Positions 9,866 through 20,026 of a stretch of 64,000 bases of DNA are shown here, in pieces (position 1 is the first letter of the stretch; the number at the start of each line of letters is the position of its first letter). The DNA is from Candidatus Heimdallarchaeota archaeon (GTDB lineage Archaea; Asgardarchaeota; Heimdallarchaeia; Heimdallarchaeales; Heimdallarchaeaceae). The notes beneath the pieces are model-generated. The model ran no database searches, was not told the origin of the DNA, and saw nothing but the letters and a program-made list of their open reading frames with translations. A program made the position numbers and the translations under genes. The stretch spans positions 160,001 through 224,000 of the forward strand of contig JAAFKI010000045.1 in assembly GCA_021399345.1 (NCBI GenBank). Direction: 5' to 3'.

Positions 9866-11287
9866 TTAGATGACGCAAATTCGTTCTTCTTTTGAGTATA
9901 GAAATATCATTACATACATTTCCTCTAGAAGTGAAAAACAAGAATAATTCTGATAAACTTTTGTACTAAATGCATGACCAATTATAGTTTTACCTTCACA
10001 CCTTATATTTTTCTTCATATCCACTGATATGTTTGCTTCAAGAAGTGATGATATTGGTATTCTATTATAATATTGGACACTATTTGGATGATAAAACCAT
10101 TCAGATCCAGAGTTTTTAGTTGTAGTCCATGTATAATGGAAGTAATTTTCACCTATATCACAATTTGCCCAGCGCTCATATAGTTCATCTGTTTGAGTTA
10201 TCTGGAATTCAAGATACATATAACCATCATAAGTACCCATATACAAATCTGAAATGTCATATGTATCATTCTCATGTTTTGAATAAAGAAAAACAAAATT
10301 ATTGTCTCCAAAAGAGCAAATAGAATCTTGGTGGAAATCAATTATACCTTCTATTTCCACGATTTGACTAGTTTCATAATAACTAGAATTATATACTTCA
10401 ACAGAATATATCGTAGTATTACCGCTTATACTCCCACTATCGTAGAAGAAAGCATTAAAATGGTCATTAGTATAGAAAATTGATAAAGGTATGAATTGAT
10501 CTTCATCGGTTCCTAATTCAAAGAGAGTCCAATTTTTATCTTCCCACTCAATAGCCAGAATAGGATAATAGCTAGTACTATTTAGATATCTCTTCCAAAT
10601 CAAAGCCGTTCTATTTGATTCAATTCTGAAATCTCCAGGAGTATAATTCTTGTAATCTTTAATTTGTGGAAAAATATCACTAAGAAATACAAAATTACTG
10701 TCTTCCTCATAGAAGATTGTTGGTTCTATATTTTCTCCCCAACAACGAGAAGCTAATCTAATTTTGTTAAATTGATTGAAATTAAGATTGAACAATTTAC
10801 CCATAGTCCTTCTAGTGGTGGTATTATCAAAAAAAGCAGGAATTACCCATATTTCATTGTTAAGTGTATAATACCGCTCCACCAGAGCGATTTGACCATC
10901 ATAGAAATACCAGTAAATAAGAGGTGTTTTATTTTGATCCAAGAATATTCGTAGTTCACGATTATCACCAGAAAATTGTCTCTTAATAAGCTCAAACGTG
11001 AAAGAATGATTAGAAAAATCTTGTAGGTCTAGAAATGCATAAACAGGGCCCCAATTCGAAAAATCATAACTCATAATAGAAAAATGTACTTTATCATCTT
11101 CTTCAACAACCAGATCAGAAAAAGTACCATTGTTAAATATGGGAGTTGGGTATAAGTAATTAAATGAAGAAGGTTCATTAACTGTATTATCTGGAATAAG
11201 GAAAAACACAGGTAACAATATACTTCCAAGAATAATAATAACCAAAGTAACAGTTATTATAATCCATTTTGTTCTCAAATTAAGCAC
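9866..11287 (-). CDS. N-terminally anchored extracellular protein, unknown function
   Basis: N-terminal TM helix, beta-rich aromatic sequence, several NxS/T sequons. Confidence 0.6.
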   Translation of the reverse strand: MLNLRTKWIIITVTLVIIILGSILLPVFFLIPDNTVNEPSSFNYLYPTPIFNNGTFSDLVVEEDDKVHFSIMSYDFSNWGPVYAFLDLQDFSNHSFTFELIKRQFSGDNRELRIFLDQNKTPLIYWYFYDGQIALVERYYTLNNEIWVIPAFFDNTTTRRTMGKLFNLNFNQFNKIRLASRCWGENIEPTIFYEEDSNFVFLSDIFPQIKDYKNYTPGDFRIESNRTALIWKRYLNSTSYYPILAIEWEDKNWTLFELGTDEDQFIPLSIFYTNDHFNAFFYDSGSISGNTTIYSVEVYNSSYYETSQIVEIEGIIDFHQDSICSFGDNNFVFLYSKHENDTYDISDLYMGTYDGYMYLEFQITQTDELYERWANCDIGENYFHYTWTTTKNSGSEWFYHPNSVQYYNRIPISSLLEANISVDMKKNIRCEGKTIIGHAFSTKVYQNYSCFSLLEEMYVMIFLYSKEERICVI

Positions 11288-11580
11288 CCCAAGTTTCTAG
11301 CAATAGAAAATCAGCGCACCAACACTTATAATGGTTTTGAAAATAAGCATTTCAAAAAACCAATAAGATCTATTGCATTTTAATGCAAAAGCATATGTCT
11401 TCTAATATCAACCACCTTTTTAGAAGAGTGTAGAGCTTACTCCTTAGTAGTCTAGATATGTTACTCCACCTTATTAGAAAACCCTTTCTCATATAATACT
11501 CCCAGCTTACATTAATAATACACTCAAACTTTTATTGTTTGAAAAAACAATTTTATAGCTCTACGAGAAAATAGTGAATA

Positions 11581-11976
11581 ATGATAAAAATAGTTATCCT
11601 AGTTGGAAGCATGATTACACTTGGATTTGCTGTTTGGCATTTTCTAGTTCCTTGGAAACATAAGTGGTCTAATTACATGCCTAACATCTCTAAGGATTTA
11701 GAAAATTCAATTAAAGCTACAAATTTCTTCTTCGCTCTTTCATTACTACTACTGGGAAGTTTGTCCTTAATAGTTACAAGCTGGTTATGGGAAGATACTC
11801 TAATTGTAAAAATAGTATTAGTAATGATGTCTATTCTATGGACTGCTAGAGTTGTTTATCAAATCATTAAACCACAAGGAAAGATGCTTCAGCACGTCTC
11901 CACAATAATATTAGGAACCTATATCATAACAGATCTGTTGTTCGTTATCCCAATGTTCATCGTATTCTTCAAATAA
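11581..11976 (+). CDS. Hypothetical 4-TM membrane protein
   Basis: Four hydrophobic segments in 131 aa. Confidence 0.7.
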   Translation: MIKIVILVGSMITLGFAVWHFLVPWKHKWSNYMPNISKDLENSIKATNFFFALSLLLLGSLSLIVTSWLWEDTLIVKIVLVMMSILWTARVVYQIIKPQGKMLQHVSTIILGTYIITDLLFVIPMFIVFFK

Positions 11977-12029
11977 TTTAGAAATGTTAATATAGAAAGC
12001 AAGGTGTTAGAAATAATAGAGATGATATT

Positions 12030-12410
12030 ATGCCTCGTCCAGCAGCTTTCTTAGGCGGAGCTTTAACAGCTATAGGTATTTTTGGTGTTATTATTTCGAT
12101 AGTCCAGTTAACAGATAAGTATTGGTGGCTACTGTTTTATCTAGCTATAGGGATAATTGGTGGTTTCTCCCTTGGATCAGTTTCAGCATCTTTCAAAGAG
12201 CAAGAAAAGAATGCTTATTTGACGCTAACCGGATTTATGCTAGCAGCATTAATTTTGTTAACTGTTTTTCTAGGGATATGGCAAAACAGTAATCCTGCTT
12301 TAAACACCGAATTAAGCGGTATTTGGGTAATTATCATTGCCGCAGCTTCAGGTTTAGTCACATTTATTGGAACGACTTTAATGTCAGTTGGCGAAGGTTT
12401 CAAAAGATAA
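12030..12410 (+). CDS. Hypothetical 4-TM membrane protein
   Basis: Four Gly/Ala-rich hydrophobic segments in 126 aa. Confidence 0.7.
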   Translation: MPRPAAFLGGALTAIGIFGVIISIVQLTDKYWWLLFYLAIGIIGGFSLGSVSASFKEQEKNAYLTLTGFMLAALILLTVFLGIWQNSNPALNTELSGIWVIIIAAASGLVTFIGTTLMSVGEGFKR

Positions 12411-12496
12411 TTTTCTCGTTAACACTTCCACAATCTTTTTTTTCCCATAAGACTTAATATCTTCTAAGTAACTATAATATTAAAAAAAAGAGAACG

Positions 12497-13651
12497 ATGT
12501 TTATGAAAAATATAAAATTCTTTCATCTTGGACAATTTTTCGGTAAAAGAGCCTTGATTGCGACACTTCTCGGTGCTGGACTTGCCGTTGTAACAGAATA
12601 TGTTCTTCCAAAGTTCGGAATTCTTGCTATACCCGCTATTCAATCCTGGATTACCCCCGCAACCATAACATTTACTCTTGCAGTAATTATCATATTTAGT
12701 GCAATTGCGAAAAACTTAGTAGCATCTATTTTTATAGGAACAGCAGCTATTCTTTCTTTCTATAGTCCTTACATAGCAGGAATTTACGATTATGGCTTTT
12801 GGTCAGTTGTAATAATTTACCTAGTCACCGCATTTTTCTCAGGATTATTTGCAGCAATAGAAATGTCTGGAAGAACAGCTCTGTTAGTTGTCGGAATTGT
12901 ATATGGAATACAAGGATTCATTGGTGCAGGGACTAGTATGTTCCTTAGTTTAACTAATATGCAACAACCGTTTCTCGATAATAATCTCGGAATTGCATTT
13001 GGTGAGACGATGGGTTCATTTCCATTGTATGATGTGATAGTAGGAGGATTTTCATTTATCTTCATGTTAGTTTTTATCATTCTTTCTCGTAGAAGATATT
13101 CAATTGATGTTGATAACAAAAAACGTGAAATAATTGGTCAAATCATAATATTTCTAGCAATAGTTGGAGCAATACTTTTCATTGTTTTATCTAACGTTAT
13201 GTTTGATCAGACTTCTGCAGAGTTAATTTTTGGTGAAAAAAATACTAGATTCATGAATCTTCTTTTTGCTAAGAATCTTACAGGTGGATTTATGGCGATT
13301 AGATTGCTTAATGTGTTCTATATTCTACCCATTGTAGGTTTTGCTATTGGAATTGGAATGCTTTTCATCATACATGGAAGAGCAGAAGGTACAACCGGTC
13401 ACTTTAGAATGAATTTTGAAGGACCTTTATTACTCCTCAATGTTGTCCCATTCTTAATAATTGCATTCTATAGTTATCCTGTTCAAAGATTCTTTGCAGG
13501 AGATGCTCCAGTAACAAATTTCTACCTTGAGATGCCTACTTGGTTTACACTATTCACCGAATATACAAGTCTATTACTCATAAATCTATTAGTTGCATAC
13601 ATAATTTTCAAAATAGTTTCTTTAATTAGAAATTTGATTCAGAAGAAATAA
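12497..13651 (+). CDS. Polytopic membrane protein, unknown function
   Basis: About 10 hydrophobic segments in 384 aa. Confidence 0.7.
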   Translation: MFMKNIKFFHLGQFFGKRALIATLLGAGLAVVTEYVLPKFGILAIPAIQSWITPATITFTLAVIIIFSAIAKNLVASIFIGTAAILSFYSPYIAGIYDYGFWSVVIIYLVTAFFSGLFAAIEMSGRTALLVVGIVYGIQGFIGAGTSMFLSLTNMQQPFLDNNLGIAFGETMGSFPLYDVIVGGFSFIFMLVFIILSRRRYSIDVDNKKREIIGQIIIFLAIVGAILFIVLSNVMFDQTSAELIFGEKNTRFMNLLFAKNLTGGFMAIRLLNVFYILPIVGFAIGIGMLFIIHGRAEGTTGHFRMNFEGPLLLLNVVPFLIIAFYSYPVQRFFAGDAPVTNFYLEMPTWFTLFTEYTSLLLINLLVAYIIFKIVSLIRNLIQKK

Positions 13652-13678
13652 TCAATTTATTTCTTTCTTTTATCTTTT

Positions 13679-14926
13679 TCAGGTAACGATAAACTCATGG
13701 CCATCATATGAAGCAGTTTGATCTCCGCTATTTCTCTGTATTAATCTTTCTTTCATTTTGGGATTGAGACCAAATAAGTAAGATCTTCCTTTTTGACCTT
13801 TTAGAACGACTATATTTTTCTCTTTTAATCGTTTAAGAAAGCTCTTAGTCCCCATATATTTGCTTCGGTATTCTGAGGAAGGTAATTCTCCATAGAGATA
13901 AAGGGTTATTTCCTTTGCAGAAGCATCTTTGTGAATAAGATACTCACACACTTGTCTTTCTCTATGTGGTAAGCTATTCAAGACTTGTTGGTATAAAAAT
14001 TTCTCATGGTCATCCATACCATCTTGCACAGTAGAACGGGAGAAGAGATCTATTACATCAATAACATCTTCATGGCTTACACTTTTCGAGCCTTTTTTCT
14101 GGGAATACGAGTAAGCGTCAGATAGAATAGAAATTAAAATCCATGGATTTCCTTTTGATTTGTTCCATGCTTCCTCTATTGCCAACTCCGAAAAGACCTC
14201 TGTCACTTTAAAGGATGATTGATTTAATGCATAACACATCCGAGAACGAATTAATTCTTTCGCTTCCTGAAGTGACAATTCAGAAACTTTAATCGAATAT
14301 GTAAAATGATCCCACCCACCATTTTTTAAGCCGTTTAAACTTATTGGCATATCACTGAGATTGAATGATATGACACAAGAAAAGTTTTCTCGTAGTAATT
14401 TTAGTATTTTGGCTGAATATTGGGAGATAGCAAAAAGATTATCTCCTGTGAAATTATCAAGTAAAACTACAAGTAGTGAGTTTGTACTCATAACGTATTT
14501 TTTTAACTCTACTATTATTTGCTCTTTTGTGGAGTAATATTTTCCAAGTACTTGATCTGCAATATTTTGAAGAAAATTAGTTAGAGTATATTCTTTGAAC
14601 TCGTCGGAAGTGAAATTCACAATGAATATTTTATCAAAATCTGCATACTTCCAAAGAGATTCTTTTAACCCGTCATTTAACAAATTCATCAGATAAGATT
14701 TTCCTGATTTAATATCCCCCATTATAGAACAAACAGATTTACCGTTTTTTATTATCTGTACTAGACGTGCAACTTGAATGTTGAGTTTTTCTGATGATAT
14801 ATACAATTCTGGAAGAGGGTTCATTGTCCAAGGATCACGTCTAAACTCCTGATCCTGTACATTGAAATTTTCATCAGTTATATATTGTGAAATTTTGAAC
14901 ACTTTATCTAGTAGGTTTTCTAACAA
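13679..14926 (-). CDS. AAA+ ATPase (ExeA/Cdc6-like) with C-terminal winged helix
   Basis: Walker A GDIKSGKS, Walker B LVVLLDN, SKGNPW lid motif, C-terminal wHTH. Confidence 0.7.
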   Translation of the reverse strand: MLENLLDKVFKISQYITDENFNVQDQEFRRDPWTMNPLPELYISSEKLNIQVARLVQIIKNGKSVCSIMGDIKSGKSYLMNLLNDGLKESLWKYADFDKIFIVNFTSDEFKEYTLTNFLQNIADQVLGKYYSTKEQIIVELKKYVMSTNSLLVVLLDNFTGDNLFAISQYSAKILKLLRENFSCVISFNLSDMPISLNGLKNGGWDHFTYSIKVSELSLQEAKELIRSRMCYALNQSSFKVTEVFSELAIEEAWNKSKGNPWILISILSDAYSYSQKKGSKSVSHEDVIDVIDLFSRSTVQDGMDDHEKFLYQQVLNSLPHRERQVCEYLIHKDASAKEITLYLYGELPSSEYRSKYMGTKSFLKRLKEKNIVVLKGQKGRSYLFGLNPKMKERLIQRNSGDQTASYDGHEFIVT

Positions 14927-15060
14927 TGTATCCCCATTGAGTATTCACGAATTTTCTATATATAGTTTATTAATAAGGAAATGGTGGAAAACACTAGTTT
15001 AAACCTGTGGATTTAATCGGAAAAGATATTAAGCTAGTTATTGATTTATCACGAAAATCA

Positions 15061-16137
15061 ATGTACTTTTCATCAGCACCTGCCAGAGTTTGTTTGTTTG
15101 GAGAACATCAAGATTACTTGGAATTGAAAGTTATTCCCGCAGCAATTAATTTACGTCTTCAAATAACTTCACAAAAAATAAGCGGAAACGTAATTAAGGT
15201 ACACAGTCAAGATTTGGATGAAACAACCCAAATTAGAATGAATATCAAATATTTAGAAGCAGAAAAAGGTTCTCTAAAATCATATCTAGAAGCTGGAATT
15301 CTTGCTCTGAAAATGCTCAAACAAGATATTATCATTCCTCCTTTAAACGTAACTGTAAGAAGTCAAATTCCTATCGCAAGCGGTCTTTCCAGTTCAGCAG
15401 CTCTTCTAGTTGGATGGATAAAACATTTGGCAGGAATATTAGAGCTAAACTTGGATGAAAGAACAATCGCCGAGTTAGCTTATAATGCAGAACATAATAT
15501 CTTAAAAATACCATGTGGAAGAATGGATCAATATGCTTCATCATTCGGGGGAATTTTTAGCTTAATATGTAAAGAAAAACCTACTTTGAGCAGATTAAAG
15601 TATCCAAATTTAGGCCTGATTATAGTAAATAGTCAAATTCCCAAATTAACTAGCACTGTTCATGGGGAAAAAGTTGCAAAGATTAAGCAAGTTGTTGATA
15701 ATTTCAATAAAATGTTTAATAAGAAACTAGAAGACATTACTACAGATTTTCTTCAAGAATCGAAAGAAAAAATAAAATCAGATGAGTTCAAAATACTGAA
15801 AGGTGTTGTTTCAATAAAAGAGAATACTTCAATAGCAGAAAAAGAATTATTGAAACCAACTCCTGATTTAGAACTACTTGGTCAGCTTCTAACAACACAG
15901 CATAATTTATTGAAAAACAATATACAGGTTTCTCTACCATTACTAGATAAAATTGTTGAAAAGGGAATAAAAAATGGTGCGATGGGAGGAAAATTAACTG
16001 GAGCAGGATTAGGCGGAAGTGTAGTTCTTCTCATTGAGGAGACAAATGAAAAAATTGTTGAAAAGATTAAAAATGATTTGAAACTTCCCGCATATTCAGT
16101 GAGAATAGATAAAGGAGCTGTTTTTGAAGTAATTTAA
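15061..16137 (+). CDS. GHMP kinase, galactokinase-like
   Basis: SAPARVCLFGEHQDY, PIASGLSSSAA, CGRMDQ, KLTGAGLGG. Confidence 0.85.
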   Translation: MYFSSAPARVCLFGEHQDYLELKVIPAAINLRLQITSQKISGNVIKVHSQDLDETTQIRMNIKYLEAEKGSLKSYLEAGILALKMLKQDIIIPPLNVTVRSQIPIASGLSSSAALLVGWIKHLAGILELNLDERTIAELAYNAEHNILKIPCGRMDQYASSFGGIFSLICKEKPTLSRLKYPNLGLIIVNSQIPKLTSTVHGEKVAKIKQVVDNFNKMFNKKLEDITTDFLQESKEKIKSDEFKILKGVVSIKENTSIAEKELLKPTPDLELLGQLLTTQHNLLKNNIQVSLPLLDKIVEKGIKNGAMGGKLTGAGLGGSVVLLIEETNEKIVEKIKNDLKLPAYSVRIDKGAVFEVI

Positions 16138-16148
16138 AAGAAAGAATC

Positions 16149-17006
16149 TTAGATTTCGTAATGCAGAATGGTTTGTGCTACTTTAACAGCTTCTAAAGTA
16201 GGCTTTACATCGTGAGTTCTAATGATGTGAGCACCATTTACAAAAGCAATTATAGTTGCACCCAATGTCCCAAAAAGCCTTTGATCAGGAGGTGCATCAT
16301 TTAGTACCTTGCCTATTGATGTTTTTCTGCTTATACCAACATAAACAGGTTTGTTCAGTATCCTGAGTTCTTCTAAATTCTTTATAATTACATAATCATG
16401 ATGGTAATCTCTAGCTTCCCAGCTACCAATACCAGGGTCAATAACGATTTTTGTTTCATCAATACCGTATTTAATACCAATTGCAATACTTTTTCTTAGT
16501 TCAGTGATGATATCATTAATTAGATATACATCGCCTGGCTCAGTTCTAGCGGCCATAACAACAGCTGTTCCATCAAAATCAGCAATACATTTAGCTATTT
16601 TTTCTTCTTTCTTAAAACCAGAAATATCGTTTATGATGTTAACTCCCTTATTCAATGAATGTTCAGCAACTGCTGAACGTTGAGTATCAACTGAAATTTC
16701 AATACTGTTGTAACTACTTAGAACATCCATTGTTACTTCCAATGTTTCCTTAATAATTTGAAGTTCTTTTATTTCATCTACTCTACCTTCACCACCATAA
16801 ATCTGAATAGGTCTAGTAGATTGAGCGCCTAAATCAATGCCATGCACACCTTCGTTTATCATGTTGGCAACCATTTTTTCTAAATCATCTGATGAAGAAA
16901 CTATTGATCCTAGATAGAATGATGCCTCTGATAGATTAACTACTCCAATAATTTTTGCAGGATGTTTATCTCCAACTAATAATTTGCCCAAAAATCCTTC
17001 AATCAT
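16149..17006 (-). CDS. folP: Dihydropteroate synthase
   Basis: GVVNLSEASF, IDLGAQSTRP, ISVDT, INDISG, IDPGIG, GISRK, IRTHDV. Confidence 0.92.
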   Translation of the reverse strand: MIEGFLGKLLVGDKHPAKIIGVVNLSEASFYLGSIVSSSDDLEKMVANMINEGVHGIDLGAQSTRPIQIYGGEGRVDEIKELQIIKETLEVTMDVLSSYNSIEISVDTQRSAVAEHSLNKGVNIINDISGFKKEEKIAKCIADFDGTAVVMAARTEPGDVYLINDIITELRKSIAIGIKYGIDETKIVIDPGIGSWEARDYHHDYVIIKNLEELRILNKPVYVGISRKTSIGKVLNDAPPDQRLFGTLGATIIAFVNGAHIIRTHDVKPTLEAVKVAQTILHYEI

Positions 17007-17018
17007 AACAACATCTCT

Positions 17019-17810
17019 TTATTCATTTGTTTTGCTAATATAAGGTCCCATAAACATACATTCTTCAGGAGAGATAAGAGTGTTGAGATCCATTTCTTCA
17101 TCTTTGGATATTCTTACCATCGGAAAACCTCTGATTATTGCAAAAGGAATCATTTCATCTGTTTCTCCCATTACAATTTCTGCAGCTGTTGCTAGTTGAT
17201 CAGCTATTGCTCTAACTGTAATATGCATGGGTCTTCCAAAGAGATCATTTTTCCCTCTCACATCAAGAATTGATAAAAAACCATAAGTAGCTAATGCGCA
17301 ACCCACTGTCCCTAATCTCAAAGGTGTAGTTCTTGAATCAGCTATGATAATCCCAACATGCTTTTTCACTTTTTCAAAAATTCGTTTGTGAATATTCTCT
17401 GCTGATTTCTTGCAATTTCTTGGTAAAAGGATTATCTTCTCTTTTCCAGAATTCGATTGATCTGCTCCCGCATTTGCTAATAGACCATACTTGTTAATGG
17501 TAGTAATTGCCCCAGGAACAGCCCCCGTATAATTACCATTAGATTCATCTAGTATAACTTGAGCAAATTCCGGTTCCATATGGGCATTCTTAGCAAGTTC
17601 AATTGCTTCTTTAGAAGGTTTAATAGATGAATATGACACGATACCATCTTCGACAACTGCAACTACTTTACTTGCAATGACAAGAATATCATCATCTCTG
17701 AACTCTATTTCACTTACTCTAAGTGACTCCTCAAGAATAGAAAGTAAATCATCACTTTCTTCTACTAATTTGTAAGAGGGTATAGGTATAATCTCCAAAT
17801 TTGGCATCAT
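17019..17810 (-). CDS. cofE: CofE family gamma-glutamyl ligase (F420-0:L-glutamate ligase-like)
   Basis: DDILVIASKVV, ANAGADQSN, IIIADS.TTPLRLG, DLFGR, AIADQLA, MGETDE..P. Confidence 0.88.
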   Translation of the reverse strand: MMPNLEIIPIPSYKLVEESDDLLSILEESLRVSEIEFRDDDILVIASKVVAVVEDGIVSYSSIKPSKEAIELAKNAHMEPEFAQVILDESNGNYTGAVPGAITTINKYGLLANAGADQSNSGKEKIILLPRNCKKSAENIHKRIFEKVKKHVGIIIADSRTTPLRLGTVGCALATYGFLSILDVRGKNDLFGRPMHITVRAIADQLATAAEIVMGETDEMIPFAIIRGFPMVRISKDEEMDLNTLISPEECMFMGPYISKTNE

Positions 17811-17877
17811 GTTACTATGAATTATATACTTAAAAAAATTCTTCGGCTGATGTTAGTTTTAAATAAGATTCTGGAAT

Positions 17878-18717
17878 TTAAGCCAGAAAAGCTGCTAGTA
17901 ACCACGAAATTGCTATGATAATTACAGCAACCACATTCAGAACAGCATATAGATTGGATGTTTCTTCATTGTAAATGTGATTAACATCTCTTACTATTTC
18001 ATTCAATTTTGTATCAATAGATTCAAGAATGTCTTTACCTTCTCCTCCTTCAGTAAACTGTTCAGTTGAGGTGCTTAAAACATCAATAAATCCATGTAAC
18101 ATTTTTTTGTCAACTTCAAGCAAAGTAGGCGATGTAATTGTATGCAGTTTTTCGTGTAACCGTTTAACTTCTTCTAAAGTTAACTGTGGTATTTCCCATT
18201 TTATATTAAATTCAACTAAATTTGCTAGATGAGTGGTTAAATTATCATAATATATTCCAAAAGGTATGGCCTTGTAATCTAATTCATTAACCAATCTAAA
18301 GAATTTTATTTCTAAATCCTCTTGTTTTGATGATTTATAATATTTCGAAGGGTCAACAACCAATGCTACAGCTTGAGGGAATAGGTTCTGATAGGTTCTT
18401 TGAGTTCCTTTATCTGTTCCTGAGAGGAAGCAACCATATGAAGGATGAGTATGAGCCCAACCAACAATGGTTTCATCCTTATCCCTTTTGTACAAATCTT
18501 CAACAATCTGAACCAGAGCTTCATCACTAAGAACTACATATGTTGATGTTTGTTCTTGTCTTCCAGTATCAAAATCAGTAATTACTAATGTTCCCTCATC
18601 ATTAACATAACCTAACAATAAACCCGCTGATTCTTTTGATTTATCTAACGAATCAACTGCTAGCATCTTAGCTAAAACATATGCGGAAATTAGAATCTCC
18701 TTTTTTGAGTGAGTCAT
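17878..18717 (-). CDS. JAMM/MPN+ metalloprotease (Rpn11-like) with C-terminal transmembrane anchor
   Basis: ESAGLLLG...GWAHTHPSYGCFLSGTD, ALVVDP; ends LYAVLNVVAVIIIAISWLLAAFLA. Confidence 0.88.
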   Translation of the reverse strand: MTHSKKEILISAYVLAKMLAVDSLDKSKESAGLLLGYVNDEGTLVITDFDTGRQEQTSTYVVLSDEALVQIVEDLYKRDKDETIVGWAHTHPSYGCFLSGTDKGTQRTYQNLFPQAVALVVDPSKYYKSSKQEDLEIKFFRLVNELDYKAIPFGIYYDNLTTHLANLVEFNIKWEIPQLTLEEVKRLHEKLHTITSPTLLEVDKKMLHGFIDVLSTSTEQFTEGGEGKDILESIDTKLNEIVRDVNHIYNEETSNLYAVLNVVAVIIIAISWLLAAFLA

Positions 18718-18765
18718 CTCTCAAATATCCATTGTTTTCGTCTATAAAATATTTACCCTTCCCTT

Positions 18766-19812
18766 TCATATAAAACTATTGATTTCCTTTCCTATAGGTT
18801 GCTCTGTCAGGAAATAGTAAGCGAAATCTTTGAGAAGTTCAATATTTGGATTGTCAGCAGGTAAATTTTGGACTGTGGTTTTATCCAATATATCCATTAA
18901 TGCCCAGATTGCCAAGAATAGGTCTAGAGGAAATCCTTTTGGATAGAGTGTTTCCAACGGTTGAGAGTTTATTTCTCTCAAGTGTACACTGTATCCCAAA
19001 ATGAACTGTTTGATGTCTTCTATGGTGACAGGGATTCCTTTTGATTCTCTATATTCAAGAAATGCTTGTCTCCCGAAAAATGTACCAATATCTTCAAACC
19101 TATCAAATGCCCCTTGCATCCAAAAAGTTGGATCTATGAGAGCTATGTTTAATACTTCGTTCTGAGGAGAAGCTCTAATCATAAGATTACTCTGATGAAA
19201 ATCTCCAAAAGCATCACTTCCACCTTGTGATGAGGATATCATTTCTAGTAAGATTCTTGATTTATCCATTATCTCATGCTCATTTGTTTGACCACCAAAA
19301 ATGGCTAGAACAAGTCTTCGATATAGTTCTTCATAAATGTCTATCATTACAGGACGAGGTTTTCCTTCATGAATTATAGATAAAACATATCCACCCCAGA
19401 AACTCTTATCGTTTACATCATGAGCATCCTCATAATTAATACCTGTAACTCCTTCATAAGCAATGAAAGTTGGAGATTTTAAGTTCACATAGATGTATCG
19501 AGGAATTTTAACAACTGATCTAGTTGAAAACTTTTTCTCCAAAAAAGAAGAATTTCTGATTTCAGTAATAACTTCTGTAGGACTTTCCATGAATTTAATT
19601 GCTAGTTTAGTTTTATGGTTTCCTAATTCAGAACTATAAAAAACATCAATAACATAAACATCACCAAACCTTCCACTTGCCTTATGATATTCAATATCAT
19701 TTATTTTAACTTCTAAAATATCTTTTCCAAATTCTCCGCGTGCTTCATCAATTAAATAATACGAGAAGGAACTGACAAGCTGAATTAATAGAGGTTTGAG
19801 TGATTCACTCAT
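18766..19812 (-). CDS. Protein kinase-like (APH/phosphotransferase) family protein
   Basis: GRFGDVY, AIKF, GDFHQSN, IDP, DRFEDIGTFF. Confidence 0.75.
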   Translation of the reverse strand: MSESLKPLLIQLVSSFSYYLIDEARGEFGKDILEVKINDIEYHKASGRFGDVYVIDVFYSSELGNHKTKLAIKFMESPTEVITEIRNSSFLEKKFSTRSVVKIPRYIYVNLKSPTFIAYEGVTGINYEDAHDVNDKSFWGGYVLSIIHEGKPRPVMIDIYEELYRRLVLAIFGGQTNEHEIMDKSRILLEMISSSQGGSDAFGDFHQSNLMIRASPQNEVLNIALIDPTFWMQGAFDRFEDIGTFFGRQAFLEYRESKGIPVTIEDIKQFILGYSVHLREINSQPLETLYPKGFPLDLFLAIWALMDILDKTTVQNLPADNPNIELLKDFAYYFLTEQPIGKEINSFI

Positions 19813-20026
19813 GAGAGAACAATTACATTTTAGGTTATTAAATTTTAGTTTATAAGTAGCTAGTTAAGTTAAAAGTACGTGTTTATTATTTCTTCAAAAT
19901 TAGATCCAAATTTGTCTCATTAATCTTCTAAAAGTTTAATGAAACGGATACTTAAGAAAAGTTAATAAGATATGAAAGGTAGTATGGCTTGAGATTCTCG
20001 CTCACTCCTCAACAAGTGGTTACTGT

